A stretch of 64,000 nucleotides of DNA from Felis catus (Eukaryota). Under the pieces are notes generated by a model. It had not been told where the DNA came from. It was given only the letters and a program-made list of their open reading frames with translations, and made no database searches. Position 1 is the stretch's first letter, and every line of letters starts with the position of its first letter. Of the stretch, positions 1 to 12,856 are shown piece by piece. The stretch lies in the NCBI RefSeq assembly GCF_018350175.1, contig NC_058368.1:74154001-74218000 (forward strand). The letters are read 5' to 3'. Both the position numbers and the translations under genes were made by a program.

Positions 1-1492
1 AACCGAAGCTCACAGAGATAAGGTCAATTTCCCAAGGTCGGAATCAGGGAGGAGGGGAAATATTTGAGCCCAGAATACCTGAACAGAGAACCCATATTCG
101 GTAACATCGCATTATATTAGCCTCCCTATGAGGACTCTGCCCCTACCTGAGGCATTTCTTCACATTCTGCTTTAGATTTTTTAGATTATTGTTTTTATGT
201 CTGCCTGCTTGCCCTGCCAATTCAAAACTGTGTAAGTTTCTTAACAGATATCCTTCAGTAGCATCAGCAATGCTGAGCTATTTAGTAGATTTTCAACATA
301 TACTTGCTAGGACAGATTACTATGACGGATTACCAGTTATTTGTGATTTCATTTATTGCTTAACAGGCTAAAATATAGTCTCTCCTGGTTATTTTAAGAT
401 AATTTGTCACCGTGAGAGAATATCGAAGTTCCAGAAACTCTTTTTTTCTTTTTTCCCAACTTTGAGAGATTAAAATCTTAGACCTTTAATCTTTTATTTG
501 GAAGTCTGTCAGTTTTGACAAGATGAACAGCCTTACGCCTCAATGAAGAGGTACTTTCTCTTTTGTGACAGGACTATGAAGGATACATGACATTTATTAT
601 CAGCCGGTGAAAGAAAAGGTCTGAGAAACAGCTGACGAAATTCAGTGATAAATCTAAATAGCTTTTCACCACATTTTGGGACTGTTTTTCTTGAGTCATT
701 TTTGTGAGCCCGGCAGCTAAGCAAGGCAAAATTATTTCTAACGCCATTAAAATGTCCTCCGCACTTCAAATGCATATGCTTATTTGTTCTTAGTGTTTCT
801 CTGAGCAGAACAATTGTCTGAAAATAATGTCTGGCGTGTCTTTTCAGAGAAAGGTTAACGGAGAAGAGACTCAAAGTGCAGACACACAAAATTGTACTCA
901 CTGCATTCTTTACTTTGGAAAACAGTTTTAAGTAGTTGAATTACTTATGAAGAGAGCATAGCAACGACAGCCGTGGAAGGCATCCTGCTTCTGGAAGTTT
1001 GTTTAATCAGTGGTAGCACTACCAACCTCTGGTCTTTTCTGTTTCCCCATGAAAGCACCAATGAGGAATGTAATCTTCTAGAACAAACTGCTGAACTTTC
1101 GATTCTTCAGTAACCGTCATCCCTTTTGGTGAAGGACCCACATGGTTTTTTTCCTTTATAACACCGAAAACATTGCAGTCATGTTGAGCTACCTCTCCTG
1201 AAAATTTGAGGAAGTCTAGCCTCATTATATCAGACGATTATGGCATACTAAAGAGCCTTTGCACTCTACTTGATGCCTAAAGATTATTTAGAGACATTCA
1301 ATATTTATCATTTCATTACCAATAGGCTCTGGGTGGATAAGATTACAAAGATGGAGAACTTGTAGCTCATGAATGTTATTTCAAATTAATTGACAGTGAT
1401 ACAACATAGCATATGCTTCCCAGAACATGGCAACTGATTGCTAAAGGTTTATATAACATGAACAAATATAAGCATACGCTCAAAACGTCTTA

Positions 1493-1530
1493 GTTTTTTA
1501 TTTTTTTTAAATGTTTATTTATTTATTTTT

Positions 1531-1580
<50 letters not shown>

Positions 1581-1701
1581 TCCCAAGCAGACTCCCCACT
1601 GTCAGTGCAGAGACCGATGTGGGGCTGATCTCACCAACCCATGAGATCATGACCTGAGCCGAAATCAAGAGTTGGATGCTCAGCCAACAGCCACCAGCAA
1701 C
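1493..1701 (-). mobile_element. CanSINE (felid tRNA-derived SINE)
   Basis: T-rich tail, (GA)n, SINE body; TSD ctcaaaa[c/t]gtctta at 1479-1492 and 1702-1715. Confidence 0.93.
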
Positions 1702-1897
1702 CTCAAAATGTCTTAATTTTTAATGCTTTTTGACCCTTTTCTTAATTTTTGAGCAATAATTAATAAATACACTTTTAGAAAGACCTATAGACATGTTTAC
1801 CACCTTCTTCTCCTCACTTAAAAGTATCCCCATAGTGTGAAATATAGATTATGTCATTGGATATTCTGAATCCTTCAAAGCAAAATCCTTTACATAT

Positions 1898-2114
1898 ATT
1901 TTTTTAATTTAATGTTTATTCATTTTTGAGAGAAAGAGAGAGGCGGAGTGTGAGCGGGTGAGGGGTAGAGAGAGAGGGAGACACAGAATCCGAAGCAGGA
2001 ACCAGACTCTGAGCTGTCAGCACAGAGCCTGATGTGGGGCTTGAACCCACGAACCATGAGATCATGGTCTGAGCCAAGTCGGATGCTGAACCAACTGAGT
2101 CACCCAGGTGCCCC
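1898..2114 (-). mobile_element. CanSINE
   Basis: Ends ...cacccaggtgcccc; TSD aaat[c/t]ctttacatat on both sides. Confidence 0.95.
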
Positions 2115-2159
2115 CAAATTCTTTACATATCTTGAAGATACCATCAAAACTGGTTATTT

Positions 2160-2500
2160 TAACTTTTAAAATATATTAATATTATATACCATGTACATAG
2201 TATATAATATATAATTATATTAAAGTAAAAATAAATATAATAAATGTATATGATATGTAATATTATACACTATGGAAACATATTTCTATACTTTATAATT
2301 AATTATAAATTTATATATGTTAAACATAAATACTTTAAAAATAGAAATGTAAAATGTATTAAGATATAATATATAAAATAGACATATTGCACACCATACT
2401 ATATCAAATTATAAATGTATCAGTATATAATATAATATATAATACTATATAACATATACATATACAAATAATAATATATACTATTAAATATTTCATTTTT
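2160..2500. repeat. AT-rich low-complexity tract
   Basis: Degenerate (TA/TAA)n composition. Confidence 0.8.
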
Positions 2501-2874
2501 TAAAACATTTATCTTTATTTTTGTTTTACAATAAAAACATCCCCAAGACATGGCCTTGTCTCAAATGCATGACAATTAAAACTCATCACAACAAGTTAGG
2601 GCGCAAATTTTCAGAATCAATGACTTTGCATGTTGTGAGTAAACTGAAGTTTGCATTATTATAGTGGACCAAAACTTTCACTGTGTAGCTATATATTTTG
2701 TTTGTTGGCTTAAGTAGCATACAAAGCTCAGGCACATGAAAGGATGCTATATTTTAGGGTTATCCTTCATGTTTTTTGCATCTCTGCTTTTTTTTTTTAA
2801 CTCTGCTTTTATTCGATGGTGTTACCTTTGCTTAAAAAAACAAAACAAAACAAAAACAAACAAAAAAAAACTTT

Positions 2875-3330
2875 ATATTGATCAGGAATGGCTTTGATTC
2901 CAAGTAACAATAACATCTGTGGCAACAGCAAAAAGAAAAAAAAAGTAAAATGAACCCCTAACTTTCCATTGCTTAAACAATTGAGATTTGTTTTCCCACT
3001 GAACAGTTTTCCAGGCTCCTGCTGGTATTGGTGCGGTGGGTTAACACCCTTAGGACCAATGATCCTGTTTGGTTGGAGGTTGTGTCATGGGTCAAGGTGG
3101 CTGCTGCAGCTCCAGCCATCACATCCTGAGCAGAGTGCATGTTTCCTGTACTTACATTTATCTATGTTTGTCCCCTTTTTTTCTTTGCTTTCCCAGAAGC
3201 ACCTCTAGAAGACTTCCTTTTACATTTCATGGTTTGGAGTCAGTCATATATACCTAAGCAGAAAGGAAGCCTATGAAAGTAACCATTTATCTTTAAAGCC
3301 CTAATCTGGTGAAAGGGTGCACCCTAAGAA
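2875..3330 (-). mobile_element. Old MaLR LTR (MLT1K/L-like)
   Basis: Motifs ggctgctgcagctccagccatcacatcc and cccagaagcacctctagaagacttcc resemble MLT1 consensus (recall). Confidence 0.6.
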
Positions 3331-3633
3331 GAGTTTGTAAATGGAGTCTGGGTTGCCAGTTCTGTGCCTACCGCTATTGTGCTTCTGTTTTGAAACTGTC
3401 TTCAGGGATAATGTATCAACCTGATGAAGAATTCAGTTTCACTTCCTTACAATATGTATAAAAAATAATTCCCAAACCCAAATCTTAAAATTTTCTTTTT
3501 TTCTATTCTCATTCTTTTACCTGATATCAACTGGAGCTAATTGGGAATAGAGGAAACATGCACAATTAAATCAGGTAATATGGTACAGAGAGAAAATGTT
3601 GTGGTTTCAGACTCAACTTAAGATACCCTGACT

Positions 3634-3842
3634 GGGGTGCGTGGGTGGCTCCGTCGGTTAAGCCTCTGACTCTTGGTTTCGGCTCAGGTCATGATCTCAT
3701 GGTTCCTGAGCTCAAGCCTTGCATCAGGCTCTGCACTGACACTGTGGAGCCTGCGTGGGTGTCTCTTTCCTCATCTCTCTCTGCCCCTCCTGCTCTCTCT
3801 CTCTCTCTCTCTCTCTCTCAAAATAAATAAATAAACATAAAC
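3634..3842 (+). mobile_element. CanSINE
   Basis: ggggtgcgtgggtggctc head, (CT)n, A tail; TSD aagataccct 3620-3629 and 3843-3852. Confidence 0.95.
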
Positions 3843-3946
3843 AAGATACCCTTATGAAAGAGTAAAATAACTAATAGACATGAATTTCTGTGCCCTTTGC
3901 TATAATTGAATCCCAGGTACTTCTCTAATTGGTAAAAACCCCAAGA

Positions 3947-4403
3947 GAGTTGTCTCTTCTTATCCATGAGGGATACATTCCAAGACCCCCAGTGGATGCC
4001 TGAAACCTAGTTCTGGATCCTAAAAACACTGTGTTGTTGTCCTATGCACACACACCTATGATAAAGTTTCATTTTTAATTTAAGCACAGCAAGAGGTTAA
4101 CAACAATAACTAATAATAAAAGAGAGCACTTATAACAATGTATTGTAATAACAGTTACGTGAACGTGTTTTGTTTTTCTTTGCCTCTCTCAAAACACCTT
4201 ATTGTGCTATACCCACTCTTTTTTCTCCGATGGTGTGAGATGATACGATGCCCACATGACGAGACGAAGCGAGGTGAATGGCGTAGGCACGTGATGTAGC
4301 TTTAGGTCCTAATGACCTTCTGACGGTACATCAGCCGGAAGATCACCTGCTTTCCGACCGCTGACACCAGGGAAGGCAAAACCTTGGTCAGGGGCGATTA
4401 CTC
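3947..4403 (+). mobile_element. Tigger2a-like non-autonomous TcMar-Tigger DNA transposon
   Basis: gggatacattccaagacccccagtggatgcctgaaacc start, internal aacaataactaataataaaa, degenerate terminal inverted repeat near 4385-4403. Confidence 0.8.
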
Positions 4404-4850
4404 TAAACGAAGCTGAATCTTGTAAGAATTGACTACTTTTACTAGCGTATAAAATAGCTTCCCACACATTACCTAAGAACATCAAAAGTTTTCAGCTCAG
4501 CGTTCAAAATTATTCATCTTTACCTACCCAGATTTACAGCTTGATCGTCAATGATTTCTCTTCCCGTTCAGTGAACCATGCCAGACTGAATTAAGTATGT
4601 TCATGTTGAGATCTGGCCTTAGCACAAGCTTTGATCACTCTTTTCCTTTCTTCCTTAATGCCTGAGCATTCAATTAAATATAATTAAAATTAGATTATAC
4701 AGTATAGATAATTTATAGATATGAATTATAATAAATATTCTACCATTCTACTAATTACTTTGACAGCATTCTGTTATTCAATGTCTAAATGTTTCGGAAA
4801 CAAGTTTGCTAAATAGCTCTTGTGCCATTTAACATTTTAAAATTCCCTGA

Positions 4851-4852
<2 letters not shown>

Positions 4853-4891
<39 letters not shown>
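4853..4891 (+). repeat. Pure poly(A), 39 nt
   Basis: Direct count. Confidence 0.95.
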
Positions 4892-4892
<1 letters not shown>

Positions 4893-4906
4893 CAAAAACC
4901 CGAAGA

Positions 4907-5108
4907 GGGACTCCTAGGTGGCTCAGTCGGTTAAGCGTCCAACTTTGGCTCAGGTCATGATCTCACAGTTTGTGGATTCAAGCCCTGCATCGGGCTCTGT
5001 GCTGATGGCTCAGAGCCTGGAGGCTGCTTCAGATTATATGTCTCCCTCTCTCTGCCCTCCCCTCTCTTTCTCTCTCTCAAGAATAAATAAATATTAAAAA
5101 AATTGTTT
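4907..5108 (+). mobile_element. CanSINE
   Basis: gggactcctaggtggctcagtcggttaagcg head, CT-rich linker, A tail. Confidence 0.95.
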
Positions 5109-5933
5109 AAAAATCCTGAGGAATATTTTGATTCTTACTTTTGTGGCTTCTAAAACACAGGATTCATGCCGCCGGTTTTTATGTCACGTTACCTTAGTTG
5201 AATTGTTATCGTGTTAATGATTTTGTAAATATATTTACTTATGAATGTGGGTATGCCATGAAAGTCATTATAAAATATAGGGATCGTCAAGCAGAATATA
5301 ACAGTTGGGAATAATCTCAGTTAGAAACTGGTCCTGATATCCACTTTACTGTGGTTGGCTGTACAAACGCCGGGCTATGAATGTCAGAGACTGGATGACT
5401 GCATTGGGGATAAGTTATTCCAGAACTCAAATGTAGTCATGGGAAAAGCAAAGTTTTATGGAGTTAGAGGTGCACTGGGTATACTTATCTGCATAAAGAA
5501 GAGAACAAGGCATTTTTCTTTTCTCTGATGCCTTACACCTATCAGGCAACAGACTGGAAACAGAGGCGTCTGCTGGAGATGGGGTGTTCTATGCCCTGCT
5601 CGAATGAACGTGTGTCCGCGTATATCGCAGCTTTGTGCCATCTCCTGGGAACACCGCTTGGACTTGGTGTGCCTCGTGATTTCCCTGTCTCAGTTTGACT
5701 GTGGTGACTTTTTTTCAGAGTAGGTATTTTATATTTTGAGATTGTTTTCCAGAGGTGGACATTTTCTTTTTTGTTTGAAATCCGAGGCTTCTGTGTGTTA
5801 TGCTACTAGGCAGTGAATGGACACATGCTACTTACTTCTTTTTTCTAATGGTCCACCTTCATGTTACCAGAAGCAGGTCTAGAGCTAGTTAGAGCCTGAG
5901 GAGTAGTTGCAAATGAGGAAAATTGCATATTTT

Positions 5934-6158
5934 ATTAAAAAATTTGTATTAATGTTTGGTTTTTTGAGAGAGAGAGAGAGAAACAGAGCATGAGCAGGGG
6001 AGGGACAGAGAGAGAGAGGGAGACACAGAATCTGAAGCAGGTGCCAGGCTCTGAGCTGTCAGCACAGAGTTCCACGTGGAGCTTGAACTTGTGAACCATG
6101 AGATCATGACCTGAGCCGAGAAGTAGGACGCTTAACCAACTGAGCCACCCAGGCACCC
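5934..6158 (-). mobile_element. CanSINE
   Basis: Full body; flanking direct repeat ttgcatatttt. Confidence 0.95.
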
Positions 6159-6988
6159 TGAAAGCTTGCATATTTTCAAGATCAACTGTGTGTATGCATG
6201 AGCAAGTGTTTCTGTGTGTGTTTTGCATAACCTGATTTATATTTTACACCTTGAATGCGTTCCCGGTTATGAATATTTCATTAGGAGCATTACCTGGTTA
6301 TTTTATTTTTGTGCATTCACTAAGAATAATTAAGCCTTTATTTTATCTTGAATCCACCCTGTGACAGAGACCAAGTTTTAACATCTGATAAAAACAAACA
6401 ACTCCACGTGCAGCCAGAGAGACCTGAGGACTTTACAAGGTTCTGTTTGGCTGAAATGCTTCATGGTCGATTGGCTGGGCTATTAGAGGATGGAGTACTT
6501 TCAGCTATGGGTTATGATGACCATCACATTGTGGTCATGTGTCACATCATGAAGTGAAGTAACAATGCACACATTTTATATGTTATACGGAAATGTCATT
6601 TGTTTCAATCAAATATTTGACATAGTCTAATGCAACAGATTCTTTGAAAAAAATGCCTAGAGAGATGTTTTCTGATAATTTTTTTAAAAACTCTGAACAT
6701 AAGCGCATCAATAAATGAATTGTAGTTGTATGAGTCACAATGATGGATTGTCCTAGACAACGGGTGGTGAGGGAAATTACTGAGATTTACTAAAATTCCA
6801 GCACAAATTATTTGACTTTTCTTTGCCTCCAAAGTAATGACCTTGGAGACGCCCAAATAAGAAGGGTATTCCTCTGGTAACTAGTTCAGAAAGAACGTCA
6901 GTGTTTTTTAAATTAAGGTATGATTGTCACTTTCATAATTTTGTTAACATTATTCATTAACTCAGAACAGCCTTTCTTACTCTCCTTT

Positions 6989-7238
6989 CATCCTAATGTT
7001 AATTTATTTTTAAGACTATACTTTCAGGGATTATTTCTATAGTTCGTTACTAGAGAAGTTTCTCTGAATGTTTAATGTTGATTTATTTTTGAGAGAGAGA
7101 CACACACACAAATCCGAAGCAGGCTCCAAGCTCTGAGCTGTCAGCACAGAGCCCGACACTAGGCTCGAACTCACAACAGCAAGATCATGACCTGAGCCAA
7201 AGTCGATCGCTTAACCGATTGAGCCACCCAGGTGGCCC
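6989..7238 (-). mobile_element. CanSINE (shortened linker) interrupted in its tail by a U3 copy
   Basis: TSD tt[a/c]ctctccttt at 6977-6988 and 7240-7251. Confidence 0.9.
7012..7071 (+). pseudogene. SNORD3: U3 snoRNA 5' fragment (nt 1-~60), 3'-truncated tailless retrocopy
   Basis: aagactatactttcagggattatttctatagttcgttactagagaagtttctctgaatgt matches the mammalian U3 5' end; 18-bp direct repeats taatgtt[a/g]atttattttt at 6994-7011 and 7073-7090; the 3' box C/D domain is absent. Confidence 0.93.
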
Positions 7239-7254
7239 ATTCCTCTCCTTTAAA

Positions 7255-7298
7255 AAAACAAAAACAAAACAAAACAAAACAAAACAAAACAAAACAAC
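7255..7298. repeat. (AAAAC)n microsatellite
   Basis: Direct. Confidence 0.9.
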
Positions 7299-9315
7299 AA
7301 CTGTTATTCACAGGGTAAAGCATTGAACACGTGACCAAAATAATAAACCAAAAACAAACACTTTGCATGTTTCCTTGGTATTTTTTCATGTGTGTGTATG
7401 TGCGTGTGTGTAAATGTGTGTGTATAGGTAAGGTGCTGGGACGAATCGATGAAGAGGGTGGAATTTAGGAATAACATTATTCTTTTTGTGCAAGCTACCC
7501 AGAAGGCACTGTGTACATGGAAGAAGGTGTCATGCACGCTGACCTTGGGAGAGGAATGCCATTCATAAAGAATTCCATTTGGGCATACCTTCTTCAATCA
7601 CAGCAGGCAACCACAGGTATTATTGAGCTATCGCTTTGTGTCATCTAGTCTCCTAGACACTATGACCAGTATAAAATGAGGTGGGAGATTGAATTCCCTT
7701 CTGCAAGAAGCTTTCAACACGATAATTTATTTACATTAAAACACATAAGAAACAAGAGGGTGAGAGTGTATACAGTAAGGTGGTAAATCGTGTGTAATAA
7801 ATGATTAGTGTGCTCAGAGTTGAGAAATGGGGGGGTCAGTATGCTATCTATTTTCAAATTTCGGGAAACTGACATCATGTTGCCACAGTCTCTACCGATT
7901 TTAGGAAGTTATGAGTATATCGATGCATGATCTGTTCATTTATTTTTCAATAACCCATGTCATTTAAAGTATGATTTGTCTTATAAGAATAAATATGACA
8001 CAAGAAGGTAGAAGATAGATAAGGCGTTTTTAGGAGTCAGGTTAAAGTATGTAGCCCCAGAAATTAACCTGCAAGGAAATGCATGCTGGGGGTTCTACAG
8101 AGTCATTAAATTTGGGTGTGGCAGTGGTTGAATAGGGCTGTACGAGGCACTGCTCTTGGATGAAAAACCAATCATCAGCATCAGTTAGGCTCTTGTCCTT
8201 CTATTGTATTTTAAAAGGAACTCTACTTTTAACAGATACGAAATAAATAAAACTATCCAAGAAAATATTCCAAGCCCTTTCACCATATACGTTGGTAATA
8301 TATAATAGACGACATATATTCTCCTGTGAATTATTCTGTGACTACGAGGTGAAGGGTACACACTCTGGAGTGTGAAGGGAATTTCTGCTCTTCACACTTA
8401 AAAACAAATTTCGCAAAAAATGAAATGGAATCTTTCCAAGGTGACAAATTGTGAGATCCTTTTTTTTTTCTTTAGCAAGTAGGAACCATTTTCTTTTACT
8501 TCTGAGATTTTCCTGAAATGCTTACACATCATTTTGTGGTTTGGGACAAATAATGTGCCAAATGTTTGAGAAATTCTGCTGTCATATATCCTTTATAGCC
8601 ATTAATTCCTCTTTTCAAAGTTGGAGGTCTTGGGAACAGTCATATCTTTACAAATTCCTCCTCCTGCTCCTCTGGGTCAGTTGCAGCTCTGACCACCACT
8701 ATTTCCTTCAGTATTTCTATTGGGATTTAAGACATCATTAAAATAACTGGTTGTGTATGTGGATGTGTGTGTATGCCACAAACTTTTGCAGAATATATAA
8801 TCCTGTAAGGTCTACAAAATTCAAATTCCTTCTTAAATGCAAACTAGTTTAGTTTCTTAATCATACAGTTAGACTTTCCACCAGTTTGTGCTTTATAATT
8901 TATAGCCTCAAAGTTCATGTGCAAAATACAAATATGTAGAGATGTTTTAGTCCCCAAAGAAAAAACAAATCTTGCCATTTATGTCAGATACCTATGATCT
9001 TTCTTCTAATGTGAATATTTTAGTATTTACAGGATATTTTAGGATCATTGTTTTAACACTGTTCTGATTTATAATAGCATGCTTATATGACAGTTACGGA
9101 TGTCCACATAATTAGATTTCCACGTTAGAGTTCCGGGGAAGTGTTTATCTTTGAAATTTCATACTTTATTTTCTTAAAAAAACAGCTACCAATACGGCTT
9201 ACATTTGCCATTAATATTGACTAAAAGCAAAAGCCTTTGAAAACGAAGGAGTCTTAGATAGATATCTCTTATTTCCTGACTCTAAACATTTTAAAGTATC
9301 TATTTAAAATTTTCT

Positions 9316-9509
9316 GGGCGCCTGGGTGGCTCGGTCAGTTAAACGTTCGACTTCGGCTCAGGTCATGATCTCACAGTTGGTGGGTTCAGGCCTGCATCGG
9401 GCTCTGTGCTGACAGCTCAGAGCCTGGAGCTTGTTTCAGATTCTGTGTCTCCCTCTCTCTCTGCCCCTCCCCTGCTCGTGCTCTGTCTCTGTCTCTCTCA
9501 AAAATAAAT
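9316..9509 (+). mobile_element. CanSINE
   Basis: gggcgcctgggtggctc head to aaaaataaata tail. Confidence 0.95.
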
Positions 9510-10181
9510 AAAACTTTTCTAATTTTGTTGAAATGTGTTGGTTCTAGAAATCATAATGCATTTGTCATTTTCTACTTATAATTCCTCCCCCCCCACAAAG
9601 TATTGATTTGGGGGATGAGTTAAACATCTCACTAAATCCTGAAATTTCTTATAGATCTGATCAAAGACAGTGAAAGTAAAGCCCGTGTTCAGTGTCTGTA
9701 ACCAGGGGCTCTGATCTTCGATCCCTGAATAAATCTATGCCGCGTTATTCCATGTACTTCTGCCTACAATTCTAAATGAATCCGATCTCCAGGCCCCCTT
9801 TTGAGGTACAAATTGAATTGAATTTATTTTAATTTGACGTCTCTGTCATGTTTTGTGACTGTAACTTCAAGCAATTTTAGTATCTTGTTTTTTTAATTGT
9901 CAAGAACAATTTTAGTCATGGAAATGGTGCTGTTATTAAAAACAGAAGTGTCCCAAGCCAAAGCGTTAAAACATTATATTAATATTGAAATTGAATGCCA
10001 TACTTCTGTGGAGATACAAAGTTAAGGGACGAATGTGATGTTCTTTAGCAAGATTAGAAAATCAGAATTTCGAGCTGTTCTTTGAGCGCTAAGCGTCATT
10101 AGCAGGTGGATGAGAGAAGGGGCGAGGTAGATATTAGGTACCAAGTTGGAAATTAACTAACTGCAAGGAGCACATCACATC

Positions 10182-10211
10182 CAGCTGCTCCCTGTCAGCA
10201 GGGGGCAGCTG
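10182..10211 (+). promoter_or_regulatory. Candidate CTCF site within a 13-bp inverted repeat bounded by two CAGCTG E-boxes
   Basis: tcagcagggggcagc resembles the CTCF core; motif match only, no functional data. Confidence 0.4.
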
Positions 10212-10574
10212 ACACTGTATCTCATTTCCAGCTTGCCCCACGGAGACAGATGTGGTAGTAAAAGGCAAGCAATCTAAGCAACGGTAGTACTAAGAACTTA
10301 TGAATGGGAAGTACCATTGGAAACTGGTCAGATTAATTTCATGTGTATCTGGTGATATGAAGGCTCATGCTAGTTAGCCTTGGAACTCCATTGAGACAAT
10401 ACCTGTTTGTGTTTAAGCACAAGTTCCTTCATAGAGCCAGGTATGACACATCACCAGGACCACTCCTGGGGCCATTAGTAACAATAGCCCCTTCCCCTTT
10501 TAAAGGAGCTCGCAAAGCATCGTGATGGTCCCATTATTTGGAGTTCTTGAGAAAATCTTGCTGGAGAAGCTTTT

Positions 10575-10803
10575 TTGTTTTTTTAATTTTTTAATGTTTT
10601 ATTTATTTTTGAAAGAGAGAGAGAGACAGAGACAGAGCACGAACGGGCGTGGAACACAGAGAGAGGGAGACACAGAATCCAAAGCAGGCTCCAGGCTCTG
10701 AGCTGTCAGCACAGAGCCCGATGCGGGGCTCGAACCCACGAACCGTGAGATCATGACCTGAGCCGGAGTTGGACGCTTAACCGACTGAGCCACGCAGGCG
10801 TCC
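10575..10803 (-). mobile_element. CanSINE (CpG-rich, fairly young)
   Basis: TSD ctggagaa[g/a]ctttt 10561-10574 and 10804-10817. Confidence 0.96.
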
Positions 10804-12554
10804 CTGGAGAAACTTTTGAAGGACACAGGTGTTGTAAACGACCTTATTCATGAGGTTACTCTAACTAGGCAACTCTGAGGGAAAACGGTGTTTGAATGTT
10901 TATAAGTGTCCACAAAACAGTAAAACACACACACACACACACACAAACATCTCAAGGAAACTTTAAAGTGTTTCTTCAGCTTATGTTTCAAAAAAGCAGA
11001 TATGAGAACAGATACATGACATAAGTAAGTGTTTGTGAGCATGATGCCATAAATAAATAGAATTGTTAAAGACAAAAAAGAAGAAAACAAAACATTTCTT
11101 GCTCTGGAAAACGGGGACCCCAGTTATCACCATGGTGTTGTCTACTTTGAGTTTTTCTTACATTTGTACACTATTAAAAACAATTCTTTGAAAGGAATTC
11201 CATTTTAAGCATAAGTGTTGACCTGTCAAATTCCTTACCAAAATGATCTAATTTTACATGTGAAAATTCTCAGAAGAGCTCTGAGGTGCCCAGATTGAAC
11301 TCACTTTAAATAAATCACAAATACCTAAAGGACTCAGAGAGAAAAACGAAAGACGCTGTGTTTCTCTGGCCTGAACTATGAAAAAGAGATTCACAATCCC
11401 CCTTTAGTTAGCCTTGGCGAATATCCTCCCTACAATTTCTGAAGTTAGAAAGGGAGAGCATTTTATTTGGCAGGCATGCTTGGTAAAACCTGGATAAAGT
11501 TCAAAACCTCTGGATAAAATTGGTGACCATTGTCACTTAGTTAATAAGCATCTATTGTCTATTTCCTACATGAGATATTCTTCAAAGTTCAATGGTACAG
11601 AAATAAGTGAGATATAGCCCTAAAAGGCTGCACAATTTAGTGGGAACACACAAATTCTATTTAATAGTGGTTTGGGGATATGGCATTGACAATTATGCTA
11701 GCTGGTGGGTTCAGGCCACGCCCTTCTCTAGATGTCCTCAAAACACACCATTTCAACCTCTTAACTGCCATGGAGCATATGCAGAGAACTTTATACCACT
11801 TGAGTTAGGTTCAGGGACAAAGAATGTCTGCACAGTCCACTGATGTAAATACAGCCACGGAACCTCATGATAGAAAATTAGCTCAGACCAGAATTGAGAT
11901 GAGGAGATAGTCAAGGCTTATTGAATATTTTTTTTCCTGGCTTCCAAAAGATAGCCAACTGGAGAAAAAAGCCATAGGATTTATGAGGTACAAGGAAGGC
12001 CACTACATGCAATTATGTCTGGTATTATGAGCCAGACCCCTAGGTAGGTCTGAATAAGGAAGAAGCAACGTTTCTGGCAAGATCCTGCCTCCCCTGCTGT
12101 ATCCCCAGCACACATGTGCACGAGCACCCCACCCACTCAATGCGTCTCTGTGCCCTGGGGAAGAGAAGGGGGTGGCAATGGGTTGTCACAGAACCACCCC
12201 TTGCACAGGGGAGGCATTTCGGAAAACCTTCATCAACCGATCTGCACAGTGTGATTCTCAGGTGGAGGTGAGAAGAACACCCTGGAGAGTGGTTCAGATG
12301 CAGTTGGCAGCAACACGACATCTTTATCTGCTTAACAAAGAAACACACTTCTTGTTCCCTGCTCCAGCTTTGGTCTCCATGCACTCCATCATTCATAGTA
12401 AGCAGGTGCTTAATACACGGGTGTGGAATTCGTAAATGGATGCCCAGAGGCTGTTGTTACATTGCGCACCCCTCTGAAAGACGGCCCTGATAAAGAATAT
12501 TCTCTTCCTCCCTTAGAATTGGTTTTGATTTCTTTGCTTGTTGTCTTTCTTAAA

Positions 12555-12856
12555 AAAAACTTACTCAAGTATAATTGACATACAGTATTACGTTAGTTTC
12601 CTATGATGTACAGTATAATGTACACATCATGTACATTATACATGTGCAGTTAGTACATATTATGTACAGTATAATAGTTCAACAATTCTGTATTTCTCAG
12701 TGATCATGACGGTAAGTATACTCTTAACCCCTTCATCTATTTCAGTGTCCCACATCCCTCTGGCAACCACCATTTTGTTCTCTGTATTTAAGAGTCTGGG
12801 TTTTTTGTTTGTCTCTGGTTTTCTTTGTTTGCTCAATTGTTTTGTTTCTTAAATTT
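12555..12856 (-). mobile_element. L1 3' end fragment (carnivore-type)
   Basis: aagtataattgacatacag...ccctctggcaaccacc...gttctctgtatttaagagtctg typical of antisense L1 3'UTR. Confidence 0.8.

Noticed and set aside
1019..1225. 68-aa ATG-initiated ORF (MRLDFLKF...)
   Set aside because: No recognisable homology, splice context or retrocopy hallmarks; length is within chance
7012..7071. Functional U3 gene
   Set aside because: Only ~60 nt present, no 3' box C/D domain, flanked by TSDs inside a SINE
9316..9400. tRNA gene calls from A-box/B-box motifs here and in other SINE heads
   Set aside because: tRNA-derived SINE heads followed by a CT linker, A tail and TSDs
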